DNA of 60,016 bases from Bacilli bacterium (GCA_017477845.1 JAFUTR010000053.1:1-60016); one strand, 5' to 3'; shown: positions 21,074 to 31,932, counted from the first letter of the stretch. Translations and numbers: made by a program. Notes: generated by a model from the letters alone, not told the origin.

Positions 21074-21343
21074 TTATTTATCCTTGTTTTCACCGTGACC
21101 ACCAAATTTACGAGTCAATGAGAATTCTCCAAGTTTATGTCCAACCATATCTTCTGTAACATAAACAGGAATAAATTCTTTACCATTGTGAACTGCAAAA
21201 GTGTGTCCTATAAAATCAGGATATATTGTAGAACGACGAGACCAAGTTTTAATAACCTCTTTCTTTCCACTTTTATTTAATTCTTTAACTTTATTTAATA
21301 ATCTTTCAAATACATAAGGACCTTTTTTAAGACTTCTTGCCAT
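21074..21343 (-). CDS. rpsS: 30S ribosomal protein S19
   Basis: [20 protein letters not shown]. Confidence 0.99.
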   Translation of the reverse strand: MARSLKKGPYVFERLLNKVKELNKSGKKEVIKTWSRRSTIYPDFIGHTFAVHNGKEFIPVYVTEDMVGHKLGEFSLTRKFGGHGENKDK

Positions 21344-21355
21344 TTATAATCCCTC

Positions 21356-22186
21356 CTACTTGCTATTGCGACGACGAACGATAAGTTTATCAGACGCTTT
21401 CTTCTTTCTAGTTTTATATCCAAGTGCTGGTTTACCCCAAGGAGTAAGTGGTCCACTACGTCCTATTGGAGCACGACCTTCACCACCACCATGTGGGTGA
21501 TCATTAGGGTTCATAACAGATCCACGAACTGTTGGTCTAATTCCCATATGACGAGTTCTTCCTGCTTTTCCTAACTTAACAAGTTCATAATCTTCGTTTC
21601 CAACAACACCAATTGTTGCATAACAAGTTCCTAAAACCTTTCTTTGTTCACCACTTGATAGACGAAGCATAACATAAGCTCCTTCTCTACCTAATATTTG
21701 AGCACTAGCTCCTGCACTTCTTACAAGGCTTGCTCCTTTTCCTGGTTTTAATTCTACATTGTGAACTGTTGTTCCAACTGGAATATTTGCAAGTGGTAGA
21801 GCGTTACCAACTTTAATGTCAACATTTTCTCCAGCTACAATCATAGTTCCAACTTTTAAATCTTTTGGTGCAATAATATATCTTTTTTCACCATCTACAT
21901 AGTTAATTAATGCTATATTTGCACTTCTATTTGGATCGTATTCAATTGTTGCAACACGTCCTTCAATATCTCTTTTATTTCTTTTGAAGTCTATAATTCT
22001 ATATTTTCTTTTAGCTCCACCACCGTGATGTCTTACAGTGATTCTTCCTTGGTTATTACGACCACCATTTTTACCTAAACTAACTAATAGACTTTTCTCT
22101 GGTGTAGAAGTAGTAATTTCTTCATTAACTAGAGTACTCATTTTACGTCTAGCATTAGTAGTTGGTTTAAAATTTCTAATTGCCAT
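21356..22186 (-). CDS. rplB: 50S ribosomal protein L2
   Basis: [33 protein letters not shown]. Confidence 0.99.
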   Translation of the reverse strand: MAIRNFKPTTNARRKMSTLVNEEITTSTPEKSLLVSLGKNGGRNNQGRITVRHHGGGAKRKYRIIDFKRNKRDIEGRVATIEYDPNRSANIALINYVDGEKRYIIAPKDLKVGTMIVAGENVDIKVGNALPLANIPVGTTVHNVELKPGKGASLVRSAGASAQILGREGAYVMLRLSSGEQRKVLGTCYATIGVVGNEDYELVKLGKAGRTRHMGIRPTVRGSVMNPNDHPHGGGEGRAPIGRSGPLTPWGKPALGYKTRKKKASDKLIVRRRNSK

Positions 22187-22199
22187 AATTTACCTCCCT

Positions 22200-22484
22200 C
22201 TACCCTAATTCGATAGTTTGTCCGTTTTCAAGTTTGATAATAGCTTTTTTATATTTGTTACTCATCCCTGAATAACGTCCAACTCTTTTCTTTTTAGGTT
22301 TTACATTAATTGTAGATATACTTTCTACTTTTACTTTGAATATTTTTTCAATAGCATTTTTTATTTCTTGCTTTGTAGCTTTTGGATCAACTTTGAAAAT
22401 ATATTTATTTTCTTCTTGTGCTAAGTGTGATCCTTTTTCAGTAATAACTGGTGCTTTTATTATTTCTAAATACTTTGTATCCAT
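22200..22484 (-). CDS. rplW: 50S ribosomal protein L23
   Basis: [24 protein letters not shown]. Confidence 0.98.
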   Translation of the reverse strand: MDTKYLEIIKAPVITEKGSHLAQEENKYIFKVDPKATKQEIKNAIEKIFKVKVESISTINVKPKKKRVGRYSGMSNKYKKAIIKLENGQTIELG

Positions 22485-22485
22485 A

Positions 22486-23106
22486 TTATTTTAGCACCTC
22501 CTCTATTGCTTTTAATGCATCGCGAGTTACAAGAACTTTTGTAGCAGCTACTAAATCAAGTACATTTATTTCACTTGCTTCAAGTAATAAAATGTTAGGA
22601 ATGTTTCTAGAAGCTAAAATTAAGTTTTCATCTAACTCTTTAACGATTACCAATGTATTAACTGTATCTAATTTTAATCCAGTTAAAATATTTTGCATTT
22701 CCTTTGTTTTTGGAGTTGTTACTTTTAACTCATCAACAACAACGAAATCTTCTAATTTACTAACAACTGCGCTTTTAAGTGCAAGACGTCTTTCTTTACG
22801 ATTTTGTTTTTTGCTGTAATCTCTAGGTGTTGGTCCGAATGGAACTCCTCCACCTCTCCATTGTACAGCTCTAATAGAACCTTGACGTGCATGTCCTGTT
22901 CCTTTTTGTCTCCATGGCTTTCTACCACCACCGCTTACTTCACTACGGTTTTTTGTATCATGTGTCCCTTGTCTTAATGATGCACGTGCTAAAATAATAG
23001 CATCATATAAAACATTCTTATTTGGTGTTATTCCAAATACTTCTTCATTTAATTTAATGTCCTCTATCTTTTCACCTTTGATATTTAAAAGTGTAACTTT
23101 TGTCAT
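22486..23106 (-). CDS. rplD: 50S ribosomal protein L4
   Basis: [29 protein letters not shown]. Confidence 0.99.
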   Translation of the reverse strand: MTKVTLLNIKGEKIEDIKLNEEVFGITPNKNVLYDAIILARASLRQGTHDTKNRSEVSGGGRKPWRQKGTGHARQGSIRAVQWRGGGVPFGPTPRDYSKKQNRKERRLALKSAVVSKLEDFVVVDELKVTTPKTKEMQNILTGLKLDTVNTLVIVKELDENLILASRNIPNILLLEASEINVLDLVAATKVLVTRDALKAIEEVLK

Positions 23107-23160
23107 CTTTAAATTCCTCCTTTCATCATAATTTAATTTAATATTAATTAATTATAATGA

Positions 23161-23889
23161 TTATTCTCCAACATTTTCTTCTTTAGTTTCTTCTTCGTTA
23201 ACAGTTTCTTCAGTAACTTTAACTTCTTCGTAAGTAATTAATTCTGGTACTTCATTAACTTTATCACTGTTTTTAACAGCGGTTTTAACCATAACTAAAG
23301 ATTTCTTTGGACCTGGAACATTACCTTTAACTAAGATAACATTATTTTCTAAATCAACTGATACAATTTCCAAGTTTTGAATGGTAGTTGCTGCACTTCC
23401 CATATGACCTGGCATTTTCTTTCCTTTTAATACGTGCATTGGAAGTAGTGTTCCTAATGAACCTACACCTCTATGGTATTGTGAACCATGTCCCATAGGA
23501 CCACGAGATTGATTCCAACGTTTTATAACACCTTGATATCCTTTTCCTTTACTTATTCCACTAACATCAACCATTTCTCCTTCTTTGAATACGTCGATAT
23601 TAATTTCTTGACCTAAAGTATAGTCATTAACGTTTACTCCTCTAAGTTCTTTTAAGAAGCGCTTAGGAGCAGTATTTGCTTTCTTCGTATGACCTATTTT
23701 AGCTTTATTAGAATGTTTTTCTTTTACTGTAGTTGTTGCTAATTGAATTGCATCGTAACCATCAGTTTCAACTGTTTTAATTTGAGTTACAACGTTAGGT
23801 TCAACTTCAATAACTGTTACAGGAATTAGTTTTCCATTCTTAGTAAAAACTTGAGTCATACCTACTTTTTTACCTAAGATTCCTTTCAT
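23161..23889 (-). CDS. rplC: 50S ribosomal protein L3, with acidic C-terminal extension
   Basis: [29 protein letters not shown]. Confidence 0.99.
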   Translation of the reverse strand: MKGILGKKVGMTQVFTKNGKLIPVTVIEVEPNVVTQIKTVETDGYDAIQLATTTVKEKHSNKAKIGHTKKANTAPKRFLKELRGVNVNDYTLGQEINIDVFKEGEMVDVSGISKGKGYQGVIKRWNQSRGPMGHGSQYHRGVGSLGTLLPMHVLKGKKMPGHMGSAATTIQNLEIVSVDLENNVILVKGNVPGPKKSLVMVKTAVKNSDKVNEVPELITYEEVKVTEETVNEEETKEENVGE

Positions 23890-23917
23890 ATTTCCTCCTA
23901 TAATCTTTTAAGTAATA

Positions 23918-24223
23918 TTATTGTTTGATTTGAATGTCTACACCACTTGGAAGATCTAAATGAGCTAAAGCCGCAATTACTTCCTTGTTTGGATTCTTAA
24001 CATCAATAAGTCTCTTATGTGTACGCATTTCAAATTGTTCACGTGAGTCTTTGTACTTGTGAACAGCTCTTAAAATAGTAAACTTTTCAATCTCTGTTGG
24101 TAATGGTACTGGACCGCTTACGACTCCCCCAGATCTTTTGATAGTTTCAACTATCTTTGTAGCAGCATTATCAAGAATTCTATGATCATATGCTTTTAAT
24201 TTAATACGAATTATATTTGACAT
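23918..24223 (-). CDS. rpsJ: 30S ribosomal protein S10
   Basis: [32 protein letters not shown]. Confidence 0.99.
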   Translation of the reverse strand: MSNIIRIKLKAYDHRILDNAATKIVETIKRSGGVVSGPVPLPTEIEKFTILRAVHKYKDSREQFEMRTHKRLIDVKNPNKEVIAALAHLDLPSGVDIQIKQ

Positions 24224-24227
24224 ATTA

Positions 24228-24340
24228 AATCCTCCCTTCGCCTATATCTCGTATAGACTTGCTCCGTGTAAATAACCTGATTTTTACCTTGCAACATCGC
24301 CTGGCGTATCAGCAACCTCACACATCTAAGCAGCCACACG
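24228..24340 (-). ncRNA. Conserved Firmicutes S10-operon (rpsJ) leader RNA
   Basis: GC-rich UTR with GAGGTTGCTGA..GCAAGG..CACGGAG..GTCTA..TAGGCGAA..GGAGG, the blocks recalled from the Bacillus rpsJ leader. Confidence 0.7.
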
Positions 24341-24346
24341 TTTAAA

Positions 24347-24375
24347 AGTATATCATCAAAGTCCTTTAAAATCAA
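24347..24375 (-). promoter_or_regulatory. SigA promoter of the S10 operon
   Basis: TTGATT-N17-TATACT with extended -10 TG. Confidence 0.75.
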
Positions 24376-24436
24376 GCATTTTTTAATATTTTTATAAAAA
24401 AATTAGAGTAATTATTGGTTTTTACTCTAATTATAT

Positions 24437-25330
24437 TTAAATAAGTTTTGCAAATATTAATAAATTTGCTCTATAGTATTTATGATAATACTGATCATCC
24501 ATCGAACACGTTTGTAAAATCAAGATTTTATCATCTTTATTTACTGATACTCCTGTATCATATTGTGATTTACTTTTATAAAGATTAATTGTCTCTTCCC
24601 ATTTTGAATTACTATAATTCATTTTATAGAAATATTCTAGTTCATCACTATATCTATCTTGGGCTACTGCTACATATACTGAAAATATTTCATATTTATA
24701 AGTCTTTCCATTATAGTTTATTGTTATATATTTATTATTTTTATAGAAGTTATAATTATTGTGATACTTTTGTAAGGCTTGAAATGGTGCATTTAAAGTT
24801 TTAGAACTGTGTCCATATATAATAGTTTTTCTCATGTTAAAGTCTGTTCTATAGTCTATATATGGAACTCCTATTCCATCTTCAACTCCTGTTATACTGT
24901 GATTTAAATAGTAGTTGTCGCCAGTCGTATCTTTCATTAATTTAGAATTAATTATATTTGATACTTGTAATCTATTATCATAGGTTATTTCTTTTTTTGA
25001 TTCTATATTATTTACTGCTTTTATCTCAACATTTGTTAAACTTTTCTTTTTCTCTTCATTTTTTAGAGTTTTTTTAGCATTTTGTTTTTTTAATTCTTCT
25101 TGTTGTTTTAACTCTTCAAGTCTTTTTAGTTCTTCTTGACGCTTTAATTCCTCAAGTTTTTCTTCTTCATTTTTCTCTTCAACTTTTTTAATTGCAAAAT
25201 CAAATGATGTTTTTGCATTTTCTAGACTATTTATTAGATTTAAGTATGATTCTTCAGTGTATCCAAATACTGTTATATTGCAAAGCAATAAAATCACACA
25301 TAAAGATGATATGATAGTCCATTTTTTCAT
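24437..25330 (-). CDS. Class B sortase with coiled-coil stalk
   Basis: N-terminal anchor, EELK repeats, YYLNH, IIYGHS, YKYEIFSVY, LILQTC, and a downstream Arg. Confidence 0.85.
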   Translation of the reverse strand: MKKWTIISSLCVILLLCNITVFGYTEESYLNLINSLENAKTSFDFAIKKVEEKNEEEKLEELKRQEELKRLEELKQQEELKKQNAKKTLKNEEKKKSLTNVEIKAVNNIESKKEITYDNRLQVSNIINSKLMKDTTGDNYYLNHSITGVEDGIGVPYIDYRTDFNMRKTIIYGHSSKTLNAPFQALQKYHNNYNFYKNNKYITINYNGKTYKYEIFSVYVAVAQDRYSDELEYFYKMNYSNSKWEETINLYKSKSQYDTGVSVNKDDKILILQTCSMDDQYYHKYYRANLLIFAKLI

Positions 25331-25356
25331 AACCAAACCCCCATTTGTTGCTCGCT

Positions 25357-25385
25357 ATTATATCATGAAATGTTGAAAAAGTCAA
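25357..25385 (-). promoter_or_regulatory. SigA promoter of the sortase gene
   Basis: TTGACT-N17-TATAAT with TG extension. Confidence 0.75.
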
Positions 25386-25409
25386 AAAAAAGAGCCATTT
25401 TTAGGCTCT
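25384..25409 (-). terminator. Terminator after the S41 peptidase
   Basis: AGAGCC..GGCTCT stem plus T8 on the minus strand. Confidence 0.7.
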
Positions 25410-25415
25410 ATCGTT

Positions 25416-26744
25416 TTAGCTATTTTCTTCTTTGTTATTACCTGATGCTATTTCAATGGCTTTTTGAAGCTGAGTATCTTCATCATTATCTATAACTATT
25501 TCAACATCAGGTGTTATTCCAACTCCTTCAATTTTATTTCCATTTGGAGTTAACCATTCTTGAGTTGTAAACTTAACATATGCTCCATTTGATAAAGGAT
25601 ATAATTTTTGAACTGTTCCTTTACCAAATGTTTTTACCCCTACAATAACTGTATTTTTAATATTGTCATGAAGGCTTGAGGCAAATACTTCTGCACTTGA
25701 TGCAGTTTCCTCATTAACTACTATTACAACAGGAATATCAATAGTCTTATCTTTTTCATTTTTTACTTTAATAGTTTCTTTTTTATCTTTCTTTTGATAT
25801 AGAACTATATCTTTTTCTACAAATAATGATGCTATATCATTAGCACTAGATAAATATCCTCCACCATTATATCTCAAATCTATTATTAATGAATCAAGCT
25901 TTTTTTTGCTTAATTCATCATAAGCTTTCATAAATTGTGAATATGTGTTATTGGCAAAAGTGTTAATTGCTATTACTCCAATTGTTTTATTATTGCTTTC
26001 TACTGATATATAGTGAACTGAATCTATTTCTACTTTTTCAAGTTTAATTTCAAATTCAAGTTCTTCTTCACCTCTTAGAATCGATACTTTTTTAGTTGAT
26101 CCTTCTTTAGATGATTTTATTTCATATGCTAGATCACTTATTTTACTAGCATCAACATTTTGTCCATCTACTTTAATTATTTTATCTTCTATAAGAATTC
26201 CAGCTTTTGATGCAGGAGAGTTGTCAAATATATTTACTACTGTTATATATCCGTCACCAATATCACCAATTTCTACTCCTAGACCTGTGAAATTACCTCT
26301 TAATTCTTCATTCAAATCAAGTGCTGTTTTTTTATCAATAAAAGCAGCATATGGGTCAGTTAAACTATCGATCATTCCTTTTACCGATGAATTCACGATT
26401 TCTTCTTCATTAACTTCTCCATTATATTCATCTTTGATATATCCGTAGATTCTTTCTATATCGCCTTCAACTACTTCTGTATCATTTTTATTATATTTTC
26501 TGTATGCAATAAAACTACCTAAAAATAGTCCAAACAAAGTCGTTACAATCATTATTATTATTACTTCAAATAATCCAAAGGAGTTCTTAGAATATCTTTC
26601 CTCATTTTTTTTATTTTCTATTGTTTCCTTTTCCATTATTTGTTCTTCTTTATAAAATTCATCTGTTTTCTTTCTTGTTCTTTTCTTTGTAGTTTCTTTT
26701 TTTACCTTAGTGTTTTTATTTACTTTTTTCTTTTCTTCATCCAT
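25416..26744 (-). CDS. ctpA: Carboxyl-terminal processing protease (S41A, PDZ)
   Basis: DPY, GLGVEI (PDZ), IIDLRYNGGG, TASSAEVF, TFGKGTVQ, GITPDV. Start reassigned to ATG 26744 after GAGGTG. Confidence 0.93.
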   Translation of the reverse strand: MDEEKKKVNKNTKVKKETTKKRTRKKTDEFYKEEQIMEKETIENKKNEERYSKNSFGLFEVIIIMIVTTLFGLFLGSFIAYRKYNKNDTEVVEGDIERIYGYIKDEYNGEVNEEEIVNSSVKGMIDSLTDPYAAFIDKKTALDLNEELRGNFTGLGVEIGDIGDGYITVVNIFDNSPASKAGILIEDKIIKVDGQNVDASKISDLAYEIKSSKEGSTKKVSILRGEEELEFEIKLEKVEIDSVHYISVESNNKTIGVIAINTFANNTYSQFMKAYDELSKKKLDSLIIDLRYNGGGYLSSANDIASLFVEKDIVLYQKKDKKETIKVKNEKDKTIDIPVVIVVNEETASSAEVFASSLHDNIKNTVIVGVKTFGKGTVQKLYPLSNGAYVKFTTQEWLTPNGNKIEGVGITPDVEIVIDNDEDTQLQKAIEIASGNNKEENS

Positions 26745-26813
26745 TTTTAACACCTCTATTATAATTTTAGCACATTTATAAATAAAAAAAAGCAAAAATT
26801 TATTTTGCTATTC

Positions 26814-27329
26814 TTATTCTCCTAGTAGTTCTTTCTTGATGTTTTCATATCCTATAAATGAAGATACTCCTGTTTTATTAGATACTTTAATTAATGTACC
26901 ATCAACTACTTTTAGTGAACTAATGTTTTCTATATTAACTTCACTTTCATTCTCTGTTATATATTTGTCATTAAATTTTTTACTTAAATCTACTAAGTAT
27001 AGTTTAGTACCATTACTATATTGACTATATAATTCATATAAGTTTGCATATTTAATAGAATTACTATTGTCAAAATTATACATCATTACATAATACTCTT
27101 CTTCACTTCTTGAAAATGAATTGCCAGCAATTATTTCAATATTTTGAATTTCTACTGTTGTTTTATCTTCTTTCTTACCAAAAGATATTTCTCCTTTAGC
27201 TATTGCAAATACTAGATAAAATATTACTAATGTTAGAACTACTCCACCTAAAACTTTAAGCATTCTCATCATTTCATCTGAATCACTAGAATAACTTTTA
27301 ATTTTTTCAACTTTTTTCTTTTTACTCAT
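26814..27329 (-). CDS. Membrane-anchored hypothetical protein
   Basis: One TM helix and a roughly 110-aa external domain, possibly thioredoxin-like but without CxxC. Confidence 0.7.
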   Translation of the reverse strand: MSKKKKVEKIKSYSSDSDEMMRMLKVLGGVVLTLVIFYLVFAIAKGEISFGKKEDKTTVEIQNIEIIAGNSFSRSEEEYYVMMYNFDNSNSIKYANLYELYSQYSNGTKLYLVDLSKKFNDKYITENESEVNIENISSLKVVDGTLIKVSNKTGVSSFIGYENIKKELLGE

Positions 27330-27383
27330 ACCAATCACCAAAAAAATTATAACACGTTAATTTTAAAAAATAAACAAAAACTA

Positions 27384-28346
27384 TTAATATAGCCTATTTA
27401 AATGCTTGGTTTTAATTAAAATAGGTTCTTCTTTTTTAAAATCATAATCTACTCCATATTTTCTTTTTCTATTATTAAACTCCATTTCAATTATGTTTCC
27501 ATTAATAGAATAGAGGAAATAATCATTAAAAACAAACTTTTTATTCCCATTAAAGAACTCATCTAAATTTTCTTTATTACATTCTATTTTTCCAAAGAAA
27601 GGAGCTTTAGCTAACATATCGAATTTATAATCTACACACATAACCCAATTTGAGAAGTCTACGATATATGCTTCTTCATCTTTTATATTTTCATTATCAT
27701 CGTAAGGAACATAAATATTATAAGCGTGATCAAGATCATTTACATATATCATATCATAGCCTAATGTTGTGAGAATATTTTGCCCCATTATTGCATATTC
27801 AGTACACATAGCACTTCCATTCTCATATAAATCTTTAATGCTATGTTCTTTGATTCTATCATACATTAGAAAGTTGTCTTTATATATCATTTTATTTATA
27901 TCTTCTCTTTTTCTTCCTTCAAAATCTCTATTTAGTTTTTTATTCAAGAATTCATAAACAAACACTATTAAATCGAATTCATCATCAATTTTACAGTTAT
28001 TTTCCTTAAAATATTTATAAAACTCATAGATATAAGAATCATCATCTAAGTAATAGTATCTTCCTCTATTAGTAAATGGGTTGTTAATACTTTCTCTAAA
28101 TCTTCCATATACTACTTTCATTCCTTTAGGGATATAACCAATCCAAAGATTGTTTGCCGCTCTATAATTAGGATTCATGCTTTTTATTGTAGGATTGTAA
28201 CTTAAATCTTCCCCAATGTAATCTAAATCATTATTTTCTTCTCTTGCGCTATATGTACACTCTTTGACTTTTTCATCTGCAAGTAATTTTAGTTCATCTA
28301 AAGTATTACATTTTTTAATTATTTCAAGCATTTCTAAATTAACCAT
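27384..28346 (-). CDS. Hypothetical protein with transglutaminase/papain-like Cys-His-Asp motifs
   Basis: GSAMCTEYA..LGY..DHAYN..YIVDF pattern. Confidence 0.55.
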   Translation of the reverse strand: MVNLEMLEIIKKCNTLDELKLLADEKVKECTYSAREENNDLDYIGEDLSYNPTIKSMNPNYRAANNLWIGYIPKGMKVVYGRFRESINNPFTNRGRYYYLDDDSYIYEFYKYFKENNCKIDDEFDLIVFVYEFLNKKLNRDFEGRKREDINKMIYKDNFLMYDRIKEHSIKDLYENGSAMCTEYAIMGQNILTTLGYDMIYVNDLDHAYNIYVPYDDNENIKDEEAYIVDFSNWVMCVDYKFDMLAKAPFFGKIECNKENLDEFFNGNKKFVFNDYFLYSINGNIIEMEFNNRKRKYGVDYDFKKEEPILIKTKHLNRLY

Positions 28347-28419
28347 AACATCACCATTAATTATTTATTATAAAGATAAACAAGAGAAGATGCAAATACA
28401 AAAAAGAAATAGAACTTTT

Positions 28420-29421
28420 CTATTTCATTATAGGTATTGTACTAATTGAATTAGCAATTTCTATTAATTCTGTTGTGCCCATTACATCTGATACCAAATA
28501 ATAATCTATTCCTCCACTAGTCCAACTAAGTGAATTATTGGTAATGGCACCAACTGTGTCATTTAGAAAAGATGGCTCACCAAATATCGGCACAATTGAA
28601 AAGTTTTTTTCGACATTTGCTGTTTCTTCAACAAGTAGAAATGGTTTTTCCCCATCAAATGTTAATATTACTCTTTCTCCATTCTCTTTTGATACTTTTT
28701 CTTCATCTTTTAATACTGTCCCAGTTGGAACATAAAGCGGATAAATAATATTATCTAAAAGTCCACTTTCTTCATCTTTTTTTGATTCTGTATCAATATT
28801 TTTAATAATACTATCTAAAGAGAAGAAATCATCTTCGAATTTAGGGGATGCTTCAAGCTTATCAAATGTCATTGTCATCTCAACAAGTCCATTATCATTT
28901 ACTACTTCTATTTTTTTAAGATTTGCATCTTTATCTACATATATCTTTTGCTTTACTAATCCAATATTATTTGGATAATTAACTTTTGAAGTAATAATAT
29001 ATCCATCATCAATTTCAGTTGTTTCTTTTTCTTCATCTTTATTAACATCATTTAATATTGAGCTTAATATGTATATTTGTGAATTATTCATTGGCCAATT
29101 ACTTTGAAATTTAAAGCTCTTGTTTAATGCTGGTGTTATAACATATACTTCATTATTGCTCTTTAATATTATCTGTTCATGCCCATTTGACTTGTTTATC
29201 AAACTTACTCTATAATCATCTTTTTCTTTATGTGCTACTGATACATCATAACTATAGGTATCTTCATTATTTGAAATAGTAAGTGTTCCATCAAGTTTAT
29301 AATCCTTTATATCACCAATCTTACTATTAAATTTGTCAATTATATTTTCCTTCTTACCAAATGAACAACCTATACACAAAAATGTCGAAAGTGCTAAAAC
29401 TATTAATAATTTTCTTTTCAT
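28420..29421 (-). CDS. ydcC: YdcC-like lipoprotein (LolA-like fold, sporulation-associated)
   Basis: Lipobox-like CIGC, YRVSL..QIILK..VYVITPALNKSFKFQSNWP.NNSQIY, matching recalled Bacillus YdcC. Confidence 0.8.
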   Translation of the reverse strand: MKRKLLIVLALSTFLCIGCSFGKKENIIDKFNSKIGDIKDYKLDGTLTISNNEDTYSYDVSVAHKEKDDYRVSLINKSNGHEQIILKSNNEVYVITPALNKSFKFQSNWPMNNSQIYILSSILNDVNKDEEKETTEIDDGYIITSKVNYPNNIGLVKQKIYVDKDANLKKIEVVNDNGLVEMTMTFDKLEASPKFEDDFFSLDSIIKNIDTESKKDEESGLLDNIIYPLYVPTGTVLKDEEKVSKENGERVILTFDGEKPFLLVEETANVEKNFSIVPIFGEPSFLNDTVGAITNNSLSWTSGGIDYYLVSDVMGTTELIEIANSISTIPIMK

Positions 29422-29521
29422 TTAAAAACTCCTTTTCTTCAATTAAAGTATATTTAAATATTTTACTAATATTACGAATATTTATTTATTTTGTGGATAA
29501 CATAATAGTAAAAGGAGGAAA

Positions 29522-29731
29522 ATGATGAAAATTCTTCAAAAGATAGCTCTAGCACTAGTTATTATTGGTGCTATAAACTGGGGAATGGTAGGATTATTCA
29601 AAATGGACTTGGTTGCAAGTTTATTTGATGGTAGTGATTCTATTATTTCAAGAGTTATATATACTGTTATAGCTATTGCTGGATTAATTAATATAGGATT
29701 ACTTATCGAACCTATACATGAAGATAGATAG
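29522..29731 (+). CDS. yuzA: DUF378 / YuzA family small membrane protein
   Basis: ALVIIGAINWGMVGLF..DLVASLF..SRVIY. Strong AAGGAGG RBS. Confidence 0.9.
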   Translation: MMKILQKIALALVIIGAINWGMVGLFKMDLVASLFDGSDSIISRVIYTVIAIAGLINIGLLIEPIHEDR

Positions 29732-29764
29732 AAAAAGCACATCATTTTCTGATGTGCATTTTTT
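29732..29764. terminator. Bidirectional terminator
   Basis: GCACATCA..TGATGTGC stem flanked by A- and T-runs, between convergent yuzA and cdaR. Confidence 0.8.
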
Positions 29765-31118
29765 ATTCATTTTTTGTAATTCTTACTTTTATTTCTTTTG
29801 TTCTTGGAGAATATTGTACTGTTGTATCATCGCCTTCAACATTAACTGCTACTGTATGTTCTCCTTGAGTTAAATTTTTAAGATCAACATATGCTCTTAT
29901 AGTATTAGCATCAATATTGTTTACTACTTCTTCACTACCTTTAACTATTATTGTTGCCGTTCTATTCTGCTCTCCAATTACTTGTACTGAATATCCATCC
30001 GTTATATTAATTGCGTCTATTGGAATTCCTGTTATGTCACGTGAAACTATACTTCCTACTTCTAAAGTAACTGTTATCGTCTTAATATCAATTTCTCTTA
30101 CACCTGTTGGCTTAGTTAAATTGATACTATATGTTTTGTTCTCTTTAACTCCTGTTACATCTACTACAACTGGTAAATTATCAATCTTATCAAGAGCCTC
30201 TTGGCTTCCATAAATAGTTACTTTACTAACTGATGGAGTTAAAGACTTAATTGCTACATCTTCAAGTTCTCCTTCGCGTACTATTTTGATTGGTACTTCT
30301 TTACTTGGAGATGTTATTTTAATTGTTGCATTTACTACTGATGGAACTATTTCAACATCAACTTTATTTCCTTCATCATCATATGCAATTAATGGAATCT
30401 CCGATAAGTTTTGTGTTCCTTCTTTTACACTTCCTAACTTATCAACATCTACTATTGCTTTAATTATAGCAACTTCTTGTAATTTATGAGATGCTCCCAT
30501 TACTATTACATCATCCCTATCTAGTGTGATGTTTTCAATAGTCATTTTAGAATCTAAATTATCTTTATGGATTATATCTGTTGATATTTCTTTAGGAACT
30601 GATATTTTATCATATATTCTAATATTAACTGATGATGGATCTACTTTATATTCTACTGATGTTACAGCTTGTTCATATTTAAATGCTACAGAATAACTTC
30701 CTGGAGTGTAACCAGTCAAATCAAGTGTAACTCCATTTAATGGATACTGTTTAGCAAGATAAACATCCATTTTTCTTCCTACCAAAGTAACATCTACTTC
30801 TTCTGGTACACCTTCTACTACATAAAGTGCTTCATTATAATTTACATTTACTTTTTGGTTATATAATATTTCTGCTGAATTATCGATTAAAGATATGTGT
30901 TTTTTATCTATTACATAAAAAGTAATTACTGCAAATATTAATGATATTATTACTAAAGATTGTCTATTAACTAGGAACTTTTCAAATCTTGAACCTCTAT
31001 TGTTAAAGAAGTCTGTTGCATTAACAAATAATTTTGTTATCGGAGTTATTAACCATTTATCAAAGAATCTTATTATTAGTTTAAAAAAGTTTATGATAAT
31101 TCTACTTATTTTCTTCAT
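29763..31118 (-). CDS. cdaR: CdaR / YbbR-domain regulator of diadenylate cyclase
   Basis: TM helix and repeated YbbR units (VEGVPEEVDVTLVG, VTIYGSQEAL, AYVDLKNL..GEHTV). Overlaps cdaA. Confidence 0.9.
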   Translation of the reverse strand: MKKISRIIINFFKLIIRFFDKWLITPITKLFVNATDFFNNRGSRFEKFLVNRQSLVIISLIFAVITFYVIDKKHISLIDNSAEILYNQKVNVNYNEALYVVEGVPEEVDVTLVGRKMDVYLAKQYPLNGVTLDLTGYTPGSYSVAFKYEQAVTSVEYKVDPSSVNIRIYDKISVPKEISTDIIHKDNLDSKMTIENITLDRDDVIVMGASHKLQEVAIIKAIVDVDKLGSVKEGTQNLSEIPLIAYDDEGNKVDVEIVPSVVNATIKITSPSKEVPIKIVREGELEDVAIKSLTPSVSKVTIYGSQEALDKIDNLPVVVDVTGVKENKTYSINLTKPTGVREIDIKTITVTLEVGSIVSRDITGIPIDAINITDGYSVQVIGEQNRTATIIVKGSEEVVNNIDANTIRAYVDLKNLTQGEHTVAVNVEGDDTTVQYSPRTKEIKVRITKNE

Positions 31119-31932
31119 ATATTTCTTCCTCATCTATTTCATCATCAAGTTCTGATTCTTTCTTTGGTTTTAACTCATCTATTAACATCATACGAACGTC
31201 ATCAAGAGATAAATTGTAGAATAATTCTCCTTTTATTGCAATGGATAATCTACCAGTTTCTTCTGATACTATTAGTGCTATACAATCTGTTTCTTCACTA
31301 ATTCCTAGTGCTGCTCTATGTCTTGTTCCTAGTCTTTTATTAATCTTATCACTTCCACTAGTTGGGAAAACAGCTCCAGCACAGCTAATTCTATTTCCTT
31401 GAATTATAACTCCACCATCATGCATTGGGTTATTAGGGAAAAACAAAGCTATTAAAAGGTCACTTGTAATATCGGCATAAATCTTTTTGGCTTTTTCAAT
31501 ATAATCGCTTAAACTAACATCACGTTCTATTATAATTAGCGCTCCTATTTTTGCTTTTCTTAAATAATCCATAGCCTGTACTATTTCATAAGTTAGTTTT
31601 TCTCTTTCATCTACTGTTAAAACTTTATGTCTTCCAAGTAGTTGACTTCTTCCTATTTGTTCAAGTACTGATCTTATTTCTGGTTGGAATATTATTATAA
31701 TAGCAAGTGGTCCCCACATTAAAACATATTCAAGTAACCATCCAATTGTTACAAGATTAAATATGTCACTTGCTATTTTTAATATAAACATTATCATTAC
31801 ACCTTTAAAAATAAGGGTAAGTTTGACGTTATTTTTTATATTTTTTAAAATATAGTAAAACATTAACCAAACTAGTAAAATGTCTGCTATTTTATTTAAT
31901 ACTGAAATAATTGAATCTAATGAAATTGTCAT
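31102..31932 (-). CDS. cdaA: Diadenylate cyclase CdaA
   Basis: Three TM helices, IIFQPEIR, HDGG (DGA motif), LGTRHRAALGISE. Confidence 0.96.
   Translation of the reverse strand: MTISLDSIISVLNKIADILLVWLMFYYILKNIKNNVKLTLIFKGVMIMFILKIASDIFNLVTIGWLLEYVLMWGPLAIIIIFQPEIRSVLEQIGRSQLLGRHKVLTVDEREKLTYEIVQAMDYLRKAKIGALIIIERDVSLSDYIEKAKKIYADITSDLLIALFFPNNPMHDGGVIIQGNRISCAGAVFPTSGSDKINKRLGTRHRAALGISEETDCIALIVSEETGRLSIAIKGELFYNLSLDDVRMMLIDELKPKKESELDDEIDEEEIYEENK

Noticed and set aside
23107-23160. AT-rich imperfect palindrome between rplC and rplD as a regulatory RNA
   Set aside because: Pairing is almost all A/T and is expected by chance at this composition.
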